Assembly: GCA_951406725.2 (NCBI GenBank)
Contig: OX597830.1
Location: 38,998,001-39,062,000, forward strand
From: Octopus vulgaris
Lineage: Eukaryota
DNA: 64,000 bases
Direction of reading: 5' to 3'
The notes below the pieces were generated by a model that searched no databases, was not told where the DNA came from, and saw nothing but the letters and a program-made list of their open reading frames with translations. Below, one piece after another: positions 15,868 through 29,029 of the stretch (positions are counted from its first letter, which is position 1; every line of letters begins with the position of its first letter). Made by a program: the position numbers and the translations under genes.

Positions 15868-16023
15868 GTCGCCATGATAGATCGTTAGCCACTACACACA
15901 TTATTTTCTCTCCTTGTTTTTTTTCTGTAGAAGAGCGTAGGCTCGAAACGTAAAAAACATTTTTCTATTCCTGAGCGTTATACTAATACATCTGTTTGTT
16001 TTGTACACCACCTGTCTTCGTCT
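15868..16023 (+). mobile_element. Short non-autonomous repeat carrying an A6U hammerhead motif (copy 1)
   Basis: Near-identical in reverse orientation to 37852-38047. Preceded by (TA)n. Confidence 0.8.
15920..15957 (+). ncRNA. Minimal type I hammerhead motif, A6U variant
   Basis: ttttt-CTGTAGA-A-GAGC-gtag-GCTC-GAAA-CG-TA-aaaaa with a palindromic ACGT stem III. Confidence 0.65.
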
Positions 16024-16029
16024 ACTATC

Positions 16030-16276
16030 ACTCAGACGTAGATGCACATTGCATCGACAACAGATTGCATTCCCAGAATATAGAATGATACCTATTAGTG
16101 AGCACATTGAGAAATGCGCAAAGCAACTACTACCACAATTTTTAATCTTTCCATTTTACCAATGTGCTTTCGGATCATCAACACAAATTAGACTAAACAA
16201 GGAAACATTCTTCATTGAAAAGTACAAGCCCAGACTCAACCATCCGAACATACTGATACAGAGAAATTCACATTAA
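16030..16276 (+). pseudogene. Penelope-like GIY-YIG endonuclease C-terminal fragment
   Basis: LRRRCTLHRQQI..PEYR..PISEHIEKC...FLIFPFYQ...RLNKETFFIEKYKPRLN resembles the R..H / H / E..I..PxLN end of Penelope endonucleases. Confidence 0.75.
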
Positions 16277-16408
16277 GGGAAAGGAAAAAAAAATTTTAAG
16301 CGATTATCTCCCTTACACCGGACGAAATCACCCACTACCTCCCCTTATTTAGAACTCTCCGGAACATAAACACAAGAATAACTCTATTCAACATAAATAT
16401 AACGTCAC

Positions 16409-16447
16409 AAGAAATTTGAAAAGCTACACGCGAAACCGGTCTTTCTT
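16409..16447 (+). ncRNA. Minimal hammerhead motif (U3-A8) in the 3' region of the Penelope fragment
   Basis: aagaaa-t-TTGAAAA-GC-tacac-GC-GAAA-CCGG-TC-tttctt, with palindromic ACCGGT and a GUC triplet, ~130 nt after the endonuclease stop. Confidence 0.6.
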
Positions 16448-16571
16448 TTAATTATGTCATTATAAGAGAAAACATTTTTTTTTTTAAATTTTCTAATATT
16501 CTTCAGACATATTGACGCAAATATATATATTTTTTAACATTTAAACCTTCTGTCGTTTTTTCACTCTACTA

Positions 16572-16640
<69 letters not shown>

Positions 16641-16657
16641 CCTATATGTACACACAG

Positions 16658-16699
<42 letters not shown>

Positions 16700-16714
16700 G
16701 TGCGTGTGTGTGTG

Positions 16715-17070
<356 letters not shown>

Positions 17071-17326
17071 GTGTGTGTGTATATAATATATGTATGCGTG
17101 TGTGTGTGTCTGACGACCCCACTAGAGTGGACGCAAGTACTAATATATATGATATATAAAATCTTGTTACATATCAATAAATATCTGTAAATATAAAACC
17201 ATCCAGATTTCAGAGTAGCTCATTTCTCCTAATACATAATACCTGTACATCATCTCCAAACTTTCTAATACATGTATGTATGTATGTATGTATGTATGTA
17301 TGTATGTATGTATGTATGTATGTATG

Positions 17327-17377
<51 letters not shown>

Positions 17378-18239
17378 ATATATATGTATATATCACGTGA
17401 TCATGTGACTAACCACACTATCGGATGTTGTTACACCTCGCTGGTCACAATACGCGTTTGCAATGTTTTAACATTCGACTCAAATTCTTCAAGGCAGTGC
17501 ACCAGTATAGCCGCAATCTGATGAGTGAAACATATTAAAGAAAAGAAGCTGTAAACTGGCAAAATGCGTGATGCGACCGGTCCAGTACCTTACAGCTTAT
17601 CAATGCCTACCATTCGCGCTCTGATTTAATATGCAAATGTATGAATATTTGTATTTTATTAATATCGTGAAGATACAGTAGTTTCTTATAACAAAGAGCG
17701 ACGGGAGAGAGAGGAGAGAAAGAAGAGAGAGTGAGAGAGGGATTCCGTTTCAATATCGTTCGAAATACTTTGATTTCGTTACCGCAGTGCAATGAACGGG
17801 AAGAAATACCAAAATGAATTTTTCCTCCGTTTTCACCTCCTGAATATTTGTTATATTTACCTACGCGACAACTAGTAGCTATGGTGGCGGCATATGTTGA
17901 TGTTCGTTCTCCTCAAATGACACATGATGGAGTAAACGTATGATCCTGAGTGCATCCTTTATTTTGACATAGAGATATATCTAAGACAATAATATTCACC
18001 ACATTCGTTTTAAAAACGGCAGTGTGTAATTTGACCATTACTTCTAATACGTTGATTTATTGTACAAACGATAAACTTATTGTCACAAACTTTACGAGCT
18101 TCAAATTACCATAAAGCTTTCTTTAATTTAGAAAAAAAAGAACACGATAAATTCAGAGGAATGGTTAGGCAACAGTGAGCAAATGAGTGAGGAACCGGAA
18201 AGAAATCTGGTAGATTAATAACACAAAACCAATAGCAAT

Positions 18240-18460
18240 ATTGGTCTCAAATTTTGGCAGAGAGCCAGAAGTTCCGGAAATGCGAATAAATCGATTAATA
18301 TCGACACCAGTACGCAAGGGGAACTTATTTTATTGACGCCTAAATTGAGGAAAGACAAATCCGACCTCGGCAAAATATGAACTCAGATCAGGAAGACGGA
18401 CGAAATGCCGCTAAGCATTCTGCCCAGCGCGGTAATGATTCGGCCAGTATGACCCCTTAC
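18240..18460 (-). mobile_element. Degenerate SINE family A
   Basis: gacctcggc...gaactcag...gacgaaatgccgctaagcatt is the reverse complement of the family A head and core. Confidence 0.75.
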
Positions 18461-18849
18461 AAAATAATAGAAATATTGCGAGGGGAATAGAGATGAAAAG
18501 GATCAGAGTCAAGTCATGAGGAAAAACAAATAACAATCAAGTCATGAAGAAAAACAAATAACTGAAAGAAAAGGCAAGATACCCTTCGCTAATTGAATTA
18601 TTATCGCCGTACCAGATTGAATTTTATATTTGATACTCCAAAGAAGCGAGTAATATTAATTCTTTTGTCTATACATCACACTATTTATTTTCCAAAGAAG
18701 ATAATGTGATTTATATCTATTTATGCTTTATACTTTATTAGTTGGTTTGTATCTCCCTTTCTAGCTATGAAGTGATGCATGTATGCATCAGTATATATAT
18801 GTTTCTCTATGTATCTATGTTTGTATATATATATAATTCCATATATACA

Positions 18850-18901
<52 letters not shown>

Positions 18902-18990
18902 TATAATTATTATTTGAGGGAATAAAATCCAAACTTACAAGGAAAAAGAAGTCAATTTAGAAATACTAATCAAATTCCACACAATATAAT

Positions 18991-19294
18991 ATATATATAA
19001 AATATTAAAAAAAAACCCACCTTTTATCAATTCCAAAGGAATAATTAAATTACACCATCTAGAAAATTACATATAATAAGTTTTAAAAGATATTCTTTTC
19101 TAGATAGTATAGGAATATCCTTCAATGATGAATTCCAAAAGAGTGGTTCAATTTTACCTGTAAGTTAATCCTTACTTTTTAATTGTTATTTTCATTTTAA
19201 CTTTTCTATTATATGTAATTTTCTAGATGGTGTAATTTAATTATTCATTTTAAATTGATAGAAGGTGGCTTTTTTCTAATATTTTATATATATA
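18991..19294. mobile_element. TA-embedded fold-back element (~90-bp arms)
   Basis: aattaaattacaccatctagaaaattacatataat and attatatgtaattttctagatggtgtaatttaatt are reverse complements. Related pieces at ~60170-60460. Confidence 0.8.
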
Positions 19295-19336
19295 AATATA
19301 TGTATGTGTACGTATATATCTATATATGAATGTGTG

Positions 19337-19369
<33 letters not shown>

Positions 19370-19391
19370 ATCATATATATATATATATTTT

Positions 19392-19433
<42 letters not shown>

Positions 19434-19440
19434 ATGTGTG

Positions 19441-19493
<53 letters not shown>

Positions 19494-20447
19494 ACATATA
19501 TACATATATATATATATATATCTGTATACATAGATATGTGTGTGCTTATGTGTGCGTATTGATGGATAGATGGATGGATGGATGGATGGATGGAATATTT
19601 TTTCAGAGGCCCCTCGGTCTTAAGTGAATTCTGATGCAATCTGAAGTACCGGAGTCTGTAACAAGTCTGTATGTTTCTAATTAAAGATGCGTGCAATTTG
19701 AAGTATGTTATATAGTTTAGGCCTAAACACTTTTGCTAACAGAGTAGGAGTTGCCTCAAGTCTCTAAAATGCCATGCTGTGGAATCGAACCCTATTATCG
19801 TGATGCAGAGCAAATGTCTTAACCTTTTGGCTGTACTAGGCTTACTACATCCTTTATATATACACACCCACATGGATATATTCACACCTACATTATCTAC
19901 ATCAAGGATTGATTAATGAAACAACAAACACTCGCAGATGACATGTACATATGTAAATAGACGTAGATATATGCGTATATATATATATGTATATGTGTGT
20001 GTGCGTATGTGTATGTATGCGTGAGTGTGCGTGTGTGCACGCTTGTGTGTTTGTGTGAGTGTGTATGTATGTATTTATAGATAGATACATACATACATAC
20101 ATACATACATACGTATACAGAAAGAGAGAAGCATTAAACAAAAAAAAAACTTGGAGCACATGTAGTTTTCGTGTGGTTTGGCTTTCTCGATTCTGTTTTG
20201 GATGTTTCTGTCAGAAGAGAAACATTAATCATTTATGAAATTTTAAATATTGGTTAAGGATGGTTGAGAACTACATCTCGCTATACCAGTGCTGTGTACC
20301 GTATAAATTTATCATAGTAACAGTCACTCTCTCTATTCTTTCTCCGGTTCTCTCTCTCACACTCACTATATAAATGTGAATATATATATATATGGATATG
20401 TATGAATAAATAAATAAATGGAGTTGAACGAAGATGTTAATAAAATT

Positions 20448-20540
20448 CCTTTACTTTCGACATATGTTTCGAAGACAACATTGTTTTATTCCAAAGGAAT
20501 AAACGGTGTAAGATGCAATCTTCTCATCAGGAAAGAAAGG
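20448..20540 (-). ncRNA. Type I hammerhead ribozyme with a canonical core
   Basis: Minus strand cctttctttc-CTGATGA-GAAGAttgcat...atgttgTCTTC-GAAA-CATATG-TC-gaaagtaaagg. Stem I is 10 bp with a 1-nt bulge. Stem II is ~10 bp plus an inner 8-bp hairpin. Stem III is the palindrome ACATATGT. GUC cleavage is predicted between 20459 and 20458. Confidence 0.85.
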
Positions 20541-20555
20541 GAGCCTCTCTCACCA

Positions 20556-20648
20556 ACAAGACACTTGCCCAAGGTGCCACGCAGTGGGACTAAACCCGGA
20601 GCCCTGTGGTTCGTGAGAAAACTACTTACCACGCAACCACTCCTGCGC

Positions 20649-20649
<1 letters not shown>
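20556..20649 (-). mobile_element. SINE family B tRNA-like head
   Basis: Minus strand ggcgcaggagtggttgcgtgg (A-box-like)...ggtttagtccc (B-box-like)...caccttgggcaagtgtctt matches the head at 49903. Confidence 0.8.
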
Positions 20650-20727
<78 letters not shown>

Positions 20728-22448
20728 GCAGACATACGAAGCTATACATGATAGAATATTCGACTCTTTTCTATCCTTCACCTTTTTCAACCAAATATTT
20801 GCATACTATAATTTATAACATTAAGAAAGCGGCGTGCTTTCTTATATATATATGATATTTGGTTTCCAATTTCCGCATAAGGCCAATATGTGTGTGTGCG
20901 TGTGTATATATTGTGCTCCAGCATGGCAGCAACCTTAGGGCTCAAACGTATAGAAGAATATATATATGAAGTGTAAACAGAAACGTTATGGAACCAACGA
21001 CAGAGCTTCTACACGATATATCAAATTTAGATCAGTTACAGACCAGTACTTCATGAAACGACTGACCGACTGAGCAATGTAATTTTAGACATGATTAGAG
21101 CTGCCAGACATAGACTGCCGTTTCAGACGTGACCAAGGGCAAAGCAACAAAACACATGAACAACAAAAAGATAGAATGCTGGAAACATAGCATACTCCGT
21201 TCAACATCCTCGATTTTCCTTGTATTTCTTTGAATCGAATGGCTGTCTAATTTGCGCCTTTAATTGTACCGTATGATCACAAAATACTGTTCTGTGAGAT
21301 GCTAAGATCAATTCAATCATAACAATAGTTTTCCTTGCCAAACCGGTCTCGTACTTTTAGAAATAAATCAATACATTGTTGAAGGTAATTAAGTTGATGA
21401 TACAATGATGTGACAATAGAGTATTATACATCAAAAGTCTAGAATCTATGTTAGTTAATTGATATGGTTTCACACTTCTGTTGCTATCGTTCATAATATT
21501 ACAGTAAATGAACTTCAATAATTGTTTCTTTCTTTTTTTTCTTATTCCCATTACTGTTTAGTAATCATTGTTTTATTATCGTTTCGAGAACCAAGGTCAC
21601 TAAGAAATACTTGCAAATAAGTATTCCACTATATTCGGAATTATATAGCCTCTGAATAAAGGCTTTATCTCTACCATAATGGGAATAACTAATATATCGT
21701 AAGTAACTCACAATCATTAATAGCCATAGTTGATGTTTAAGAGGTTTGTTTCCAACTTACGTGGTTTTGGGTTCCATACTACCGCGTGTTATATTAGAAA
21801 ATTACATTCTACCATTGTCTCGAGTATACCACAATCTTGTGAAATATTTGCTAAATTGACACTTAACGGAAACTCGTCAGAGTGTAAGTTCTTCCTTTCA
21901 GTTGTAAAAACTACATAAATTCAATTTCACTGGCGAAATACATGCTTCGAAACTCTATTAACCAAGCGCATCAAAAAAGCATAGAACTATTTGATCCAGA
22001 CACGGTCTGTTTCCCATCTCAGCTATTTTTGCCATTATTTGAGTAGTCTCTGCATTTTACATCTTACTTGTCTCATGCCAGCTCGACTCAAACGCTTTCA
22101 ACCCAGTTGCTGTTCTTGTTTCTGTATATTTCGTCGCCCATTTCACTCCAACCCCGTAATTCATTGTAAATTCTAACCCCAACCCTTCCTTCATAAAACG
22201 TCATCCCTTTCTGCAATATATCTCTACACATGTCCTTCCTGTGGCTGTTGATTTACAAGTGCCAAATAGTAGCATTAATCATAATCATGGGACCGTTATA
22301 CAACGATCTGACAGCCATAGCTGCAGACAAGCCACACTAATGAAACAAGACACTGATGCAAGCGTCAGTCAATGTCTAAGATATGAAAATGACTTTCTAA
22401 TGTCTCTGATGCCTGTAGTATTGTCGAGAGTGCTATATTCGTCTGAGC

Positions 22449-22906
22449 CAGCGCTTTTCAAACTTTTTTTGTCGCGATCCATTTTATTTATCTTGCCATC
22501 ACTGAATGCTTATCGATTCAAGAAGAGAGAATGTGTGTATTTGTCAATTTCTAGTGTTGTTGATAACAGCTAGTTATTAAAATTTAACCAAACTTGTTTG
22601 GTAGTTAAGGATTCAAGGTAAAAAGAGAGGGTGAGGGAGCGAGAGACTGCTGATTGCCTTGGTTGGACAAAACCGTTTTGTATATTTATAATAAATTCAT
22701 AATAACATGTACTATTATGTTTTGATTGGAAAAATCTGCCTTGTCATGGGAGAAATCGTTAAAACTAACGATGATTTATGAGCGCTGCGCAACATTTAGA
22801 GTTGTTTATATTCTGCACTTTGCAACCGCTTGCATTTTTTCTTTCCTTTTTTTTTTGTCGCGATTTATTTTAATATATCTCACGACCCACAGTTTGAAAG
22901 ACGCTG
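22449..22906. mobile_element. hAT-type MITE
   Basis: 16-bp TIRs cagcgcttttcaaact and agtttgaaagacgctg (14/16 match). 8-bp TSD gtctgagc / gtctaagc. Confidence 0.85.
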
Positions 22907-23899
22907 GTCTAAGCCGTTAAGAAACTAAAAAATACAGTGAAAGAAAACTACATGTACCCTGGAAATGAAAACAGCATTAGAAATAGTTTAAGTAGCAACT
23001 TTCATCACCCACCTTCAGCTTTCTTATATCCGTAAATATGACAATATCTGGGAATTTTCCTTACATAGCGCAATAGTTTGTGCTAAGTTTTGCGGAATAA
23101 AGTAATCCATATGTTTTGAAATATGCAATAAACTACAACCTTACAATATAAGCTAGCATTCCCACAAGATATGAATATATAAAGAAATAAAAAATGTTTC
23201 AGCTGTTGAAAGCACGGCATAATATTACTTATCGCTCGCTTTGTATTATGTGAATTGCTATTAGGAGAAATTCAGTGGCAACTGCAGCTTCTCATACTGG
23301 TTAGATCGATACGGGTAAAATCTAGACCGAAGATCCACATAAATAACGTGGATGTAGAGGGAAACGGGTGTATGATTCAAATGCTGATAGAACACATAGG
23401 AGAATGAGGTGCGGTGTTAAACCGGGTAGTTTGTTATGCATAACTTCCACAGTACATTTTGAAATTTAAGTACAAACCCAGATGAATAGCGGCTGCAGAT
23501 GGTACTTTTAGTTCCTAGAAATACTATCCAAATCACTGTCTGACCTAACGCCACTTTCTTTAATAACATTTTATCTTATTATGTTTCGCATATCGCGAAA
23601 ATAAGGGTATACATTACATAAAATATATACATAATAAAAAAGTCAGATTCTAGTAAGTGTGATGAAGTGGGTACAGAGAAGGGATCCATAATTTGTGTTG
23701 GCTGCTTTCGGAATTAAATTGATAGGGGGATCCTTAATCTTAAAACTGCAAATTTCAGTGCCGAACATTCATAAACGCTCTGTCATACATATTTTGTCGA
23801 AATTTCAAGTGCCAAATTCTCCTGGATTATCAGCAGAACGGAAATATAAATGATACTTAAAGAATCCAAATTAGAATATTCAATTATATATGTTCCGGA

Positions 23900-24132
23900 A
23901 AGGCGGCGAGCTGGCAGAAACGTTAGCACGCCGGACGAAATGCGTAGCCGTATTTCGTCTGCCGTTACGTTGTGAGTTCAAATTCCGCCGAGGTCGACTT
24001 TGCCTTTCATCCTTTCGGGGTCGGTAAATTAAGTACCAGTTACGGACTGGGGTCGATGTAATCGATTTAATTCGTTTGTCTGTCCTTGTTTGTCCCCTCT
24101 ATGTGTAGCCCCTTGTGGGTAATAAAGAAATA
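23900..24132 (+). mobile_element. Full-length SINE family A (tRNA-derived, CORE-like)
   Basis: Head ggcggcgagctggcagaa, B box gagttcaaattcc, core gcctttcatcctttcggggtcg. 15-bp TSD tatatatgttccgga at 23885-23899 and 24133-24147. Confidence 0.92.
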
Positions 24133-24264
24133 TATATATGTTCCGGAGCTTAAATATATCCCTGTGTCTGTTCATGTGTGTACGTCTGTCTGTGCATGTG
24201 AGTGTGTATGTGTGTATATGTGTGACAGAGTCATTTCAATGTCAGCATGCCATATATATATAAT

Positions 24265-24513
24265 ATTAGGGTAATAAGAATTATAGAAATTATTATTACC
24301 AGTGGACTAGCACAAAAGATAGTCAATAGACTATATATTATTCACATAATAATATCGTGTACATTAGAACACACTAAGAGGCTTCCAAATAGGTAAGCCT
24401 CGTGCTAGAAAAACCAGAAGAAAACTCAAACCACTAATTATGGATAAATTCTCGAAAGGATTGAAAATTAATGTACATGATATTTTTATGTGAATAATAT
24501 ATAGTCTATTGAC
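24265..24513. mobile_element. Fold-back element, same family as 60515-60827
   Basis: Inverted arms 24322-24366 and 24469-24513. Shares taccagtgg.ctagca and caatagactatat with the 60.5-kb copy. Confidence 0.75.
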
Positions 24514-25404
24514 ATTTAATTTTCAATTACTTCGTGGCCATTTGTAAAGCGTACTTCGTGTAGACGAGTAAGGTTTGATTCTGTGGAATATGTATGACTT
24601 GTTTGCAGCACTATAATGTTATTCACTAATTTAATTTTAAATGTTTTACATTAAAATGTGTGAATTATATTTTGTTTGACATCCAGCTGCTTAATTACCA
24701 GCACTGTTTTAACCACACATGAATGCCAAAACCTATACAAGTGCAAAATAGCTAAATGGGATTAGATAAGCTCTGAAATATAAGGATATGTTACATAATA
24801 ACTTGACCACAATGACATTCAAAAGTATAGATACGAAAACATTCCTGGAGTGTCTGGTATATAATCGCCAGATATATAAGCCAAGATAATAATTATCAAG
24901 TCAAGTGTATAATTGTCGTATAGGGCCTCGGAATACATTGCGCTGATAAGCAACACTTTCATGATAGAATAATTGTATGACGTTCTCTCTTGACAATCAG
25001 ATACTAAATTCCATTACAAACTTATTTGATTACAAACTTATATAATTATATGTGACTGAAGTGCAACAATAAGATGGTTTAATATTGCTTACAAAGATAA
25101 CAATGGAGTAACAAGGCTATAATTCCTTTGCAGGATTTACGTAGATATTGAACCAGCATTTATCTCTATTCATTTAATTAGTTTTAGGATCTATGAAAAA
25201 CTTATCCCTGTCAATGACGCTAGTTTATAACATAACCATCAACATACTAAAGACCAGTCTCAGCGAATGCCTCATCTCGTCAAGGCCAGAAGATGGTTCA
25301 GTCTCCAGTGATTACCGATATTCTACAAAGCTCAAGTGAGGTCTTTCATAGAGAAAGACTTTCATATTAAGGATGTTGTTACTGCTGCTGTTACTACTCC
25401 TACT

Positions 25405-25793
25405 TGTGGAGGCGCAATGGCCCAGTGGTTAGGGCAGCGGACTCGCGGTCATAGGATTGCGGTTTCGATTCCCAGACCGGGCGTTGTGAGTGTTTATTGA
25501 GCGAAAACACCTAAAGCTCTACGAGGCTCCGGCAGGGGATGGTGGTGATCCCTGCTGTACTCTTTCACCACAACTTTCTCTCACTCTTACTTCCTGTTTC
25601 TGTTGTACCTGTATTTCAAAGGGCCGGCCTTGTCACTCTCTGTGTCACGCTGAATATCCCCGAGAACCACGTTAAGAGTACACGTGTCTGTGGAGTGCTC
25701 AGCCACTTACACGTTAATTTCACGAGCAGGTTGTTCCGTTGATTCGGATCAACCGGAACCCTCATCGTCGTAATCGACGGAGTGCTTCCATCC
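25405..25793 (+). mobile_element. Full-length SINE family C (tRNA-derived)
   Basis: A box tggcccagtgg, B box ggtttcgattccc. 12-bp TSD actactcctact at 25393-25404 and 25794-25805. Near-identical to 51022-51387. Confidence 0.92.
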
Positions 25794-26703
25794 ACTACTC
25801 CTACTGTTGCGCACACCAAACACATTAGACTGTATGAAGAAAAGAGTCATCCAACTGACTGGCATAAGTCACTCATGGTGTCAAACCAGCTTCTTGCTCA
25901 AATATGGATATCTTCCTCTCTTTGTTTTTTTCTTCCCTAATAAGTTTTGGTACTAGGGACTAGTTGGATATACGTTACCCTCACTGAGGTATTCTCAGCG
26001 TATCAGTCTCTTCTCTCAACATCATTGTACATGTCAAACCTCCAAATCCTGCATTTAACAAAATATCCAGTCCTTCCTCCTTAATGTAACGGTCTTCTGG
26101 AATCCCTTATTTGCTTTTGTTGTTGTTTTTTTCTTTTTGTTTTGGTGTAGTTAATGAGTTGAAAATGTTTCCAAAAACTATTTACAAGATCAATCTCATC
26201 TTTTCAGGAGGACATACAAGTGACAGAGGCACTGCCCCTTTCATTAACACACAACAAGCAAAATTACACTAGATATAGTATTCTACGTACACTTACTAAA
26301 ATATTGAAGGACAAATTGCTGTAATCTAGAATAACTTCATGACTGAAGAGATCTGACATGCTCTTATCTTCTTTCTATGTGTATTTCATATCCGAGAATT
26401 TATTGAGAGTATCGGTGTAATTCTGAGAAGAATATATTTTAGTATTTACTTATGGGTTCAAAGGATGGCTTGGAAAGTATTAGAGATATTTATTCCTGCT
26501 TCGCTTGTTCGACGTCTGGACATCGTCGAAATCAATTTTCCCATTCATCCTTCCGGAATCGGCAAAGAGGCTAATCAAAATAAAGTGTACTGGAAGAATC
26601 ACCGGAGCACGAGCTGGATGCTTTGCAATATTTCTTTCGGCCCTTTGCATTTTCAGTTCAAGTTTTGCTGTAGCCTGGTAATTTGCAGAAATATTATGTT
26701 TTA

Positions 26704-27083
26704 AGGCAGCGAGCTGGCAGAAACGTTAGCACACCGGGCAAAATGCTTAGCGGTATTTCGTCTGCTGTTACGTTCTGAGTTCAAATTCCGCCGAGGTCGA
26801 CTTTGCCTTTCATCCTTTCGGCGTCGATTAAATAAGTACCAGTTACGCACTGGAGTCGATGTAATCGACTTAATCCGTTTGTCTGTCCTTGTTTGTCCAC
26901 TCTGTGTTTAGCCCCTTGTGGTATTTCGTCTGTCTTTACGTTCTGAGTTCAAATTCCGCCGAGGTCGACTTTACCTTTCATCATTTCTGCGGCGATAAAT
27001 TAAGTACCAGTTATGTACTGGAGTCGATCTAATCGGCTGCACCCTCCTTAAAATTTTCACGCTTTGTGTCTAGAGTAGAAAAA
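26704..27083 (+). mobile_element. Composite (core-duplicated) SINE family A
   Basis: Two tandem gttctgagttcaaattccgccgaggtcgacttt cores; same layout as 30854-31231. Confidence 0.88.
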
Positions 27084-27177
27084 AATATCTAGGAATATTT
27101 GTCGATCAATATTTCAAAGTCCAGATTCTATCAGCTATATAATCATTCCCAGAAGCATGACATTTCCACCGTTATTA

Positions 27178-27335
27178 TTATTTACATTATTTACATTATT
27201 TACATTCGAAAAATATTTGTCCTCATCTGATTTGTTGTTAACACACCGTTTCGGCTGATATACCCCCACCCCGCCTTCTTCGTGTGTCTTAGGAAATTTC
27301 GATCCTGGGTTCTCATTTTTAGGTAATTTTCGATG

Positions 27336-27379
<44 letters not shown>

Positions 27380-27556
27380 GTTTAGGTCACTGCTTGGAAT
27401 CCAACTCGGAATCTTAGGGTTTGTAGCCTGCGCTCTTAACCACTACGCCATATGCCCACGGGCATATGGCGTAGTAGTTAGATGAGGACAAATATCCATC
27501 GAATGTAAATAATGTAAATAACGTACATAATTCCTCATCTCTTAAATATAGAACTG
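27178..27556 (-). mobile_element. tRNA-headed element with an (AAT)n linker, a degenerate hammerhead motif and a head-to-head inverted partial copy
   Basis: Minus strand head gggcatatggcgtagtggttaagagcgc...gttggattcc (27381-27457), then (AAT)n, then acac-ACGAAGA-A-GGC...GCC-GAAA-CG-GT-gtgt (~27241-27288). A 21-bp-arm palindrome is centred at 27458-27459. Confidence 0.75.
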
Positions 27557-28275
27557 TATTCACTGTTATGTTAGTTGATTGTGTCATATATCATATATCT
27601 GGTCATAAGGTGGAATAATATAAATCGTTAAAAATCACATCAAGGAAACCATGAACTGTATCATACCGAAATACAAACTCGTAGTTAGAAAGCTTGATAC
27701 TAACACAGAAAGAAATAATCACCTTACTAGCACGAAAACAAACTTAGGAAACACAGAAGTCATTAAACGTAATATGCAATTTTGAATTTAAACATGAAAG
27801 TTGTAAACTGCACTACACCAGACACACATATACGGCTCTTCTTTGTCGAATGACTATGCACTTAAAATAAGGAGCCATTGCTGCTTATTATAATGCAGTA
27901 CATGGATAGAAAAACGATTGATAATTGCCTAAATATCTTTGATATTTGCAAAACGCAATGAATTGTATTGATGCTATAAAAATTTTCTTTTTAATTCTAT
28001 GAATTTTTAAAAAATGACGTAAACAACTTGATCAAAGAGAACAAATTTTTCTGTTTCTATCAGAGTGCTTCTAAGATTTAAAAAAAATGTTGTTTATTTC
28101 ACATAGATTTGAACTTAATATTATTATTCTTATGACATTTTAAAATATTTGCCAAATAGCCCTCTGGCTTCGAACTCTAATATGATTTTTAAAAATATCG
28201 CCGTTGTAATAAATGAAAGGGGAAACAAAGAATCTAATATTTAAAGAGATGGTATACAATAACATTTCAGACAAT

Positions 28276-28600
28276 TATATTAGAAACCAAATTAGTTAAA
28301 ACAATTAGAGAGATATTCAGTGTTTACATATTTACATTAAGAATAAAGAAAAAAAACGTTGGGCTAGAATGACTATCAGAATAGTATAGATTTTTATCTT
28401 ACAAACCAAATTAATTAAAACAATTAGGATTGTTTGGTGTTTACATATTTACATTAAGAATGAAGACAAAAAATAAATTTGGGTTAGATTGAATAGAATA
28501 ATAGTTTAAATTTTTACATTAAAAATCAAACTAATTTAAACAATTACGAGTCTTTTATGTTTTAATATTTACATAAAGAATAAAGATGGTTTGGGTAGCA
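28276..28600. repeat. Degenerate tandem repeat, ~119-bp unit, ~2.7 copies
   Basis: Recurring aaaccaaatta.ttaaaacaattag...tgtttacatatttacattaagaat..ag...ttggg.tag. Confidence 0.8.
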
Positions 28601-28996
28601 CTATTCACAGTACGAAATTAGTAAACATTTTTGGTACACTATCTTTACGCAAAGAACAGTTAATACGAGAATTAAATGGGCTGTGTTCGACATGTGCTAC
28701 AATAATAAATGAAAGGAATATATAAAGGTGGCTCTAATACGTTTGAAAAGCACAATGTGAATTACATACTGCTCTAAATTATATATACATACAATTATAC
28801 ATGCATGCACAAACATATACACATATATATAAATTCATATATATATGTGTGTGTGTGTGTGTCCGTCTGTCTGTCTGTCTGGAATTTCGAATATTCCCAC
28901 GTGGTAAGTTGTAATGCAAAAGATATATATATATATAAAATAAAAGAAGGAAAATGCACACACTTTGTACTGTTTTAATATATTTTATATTGTGTT

Positions 28997-29029
28997 TGTC
29001 GACCAGTTTCGCTTTCACTAATCATGACA
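28997..29029 (-). ncRNA. Minimal hammerhead motif (A3-U8), inverted, upstream of the Penelope RT
   Basis: Minus strand tgtc-ATGATTA-GT-gaaa-GC-GAAA-CTGG-TC-gaca. Confidence 0.55.

Noticed and set aside
17510-17545. CTGATGAGTGAAACATAT hammerhead-like string
   Set aside because: It has no stem II and aligns with the SINE B tail gccgcagtcaaatgactgaaacaagtaaaag.
18510-18563. Short direct repeat (caagtcatga.gaaaaacaaataac twice), considered as a CRISPR-like array
   Set aside because: Only two adjacent units with no spacers, in eukaryotic DNA. A simple tandem duplication.
25405-25480. tRNA gene
   Set aside because: A tRNA-like head continuing into a multi-copy SINE body with TSDs; no proper acceptor stem. 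The same applies to 27381-27457.
25490-25742. Repeated ORF MVVIPAVLFHH... (also 51068-51271)
   Set aside because: An incidental frame inside SINE family C.
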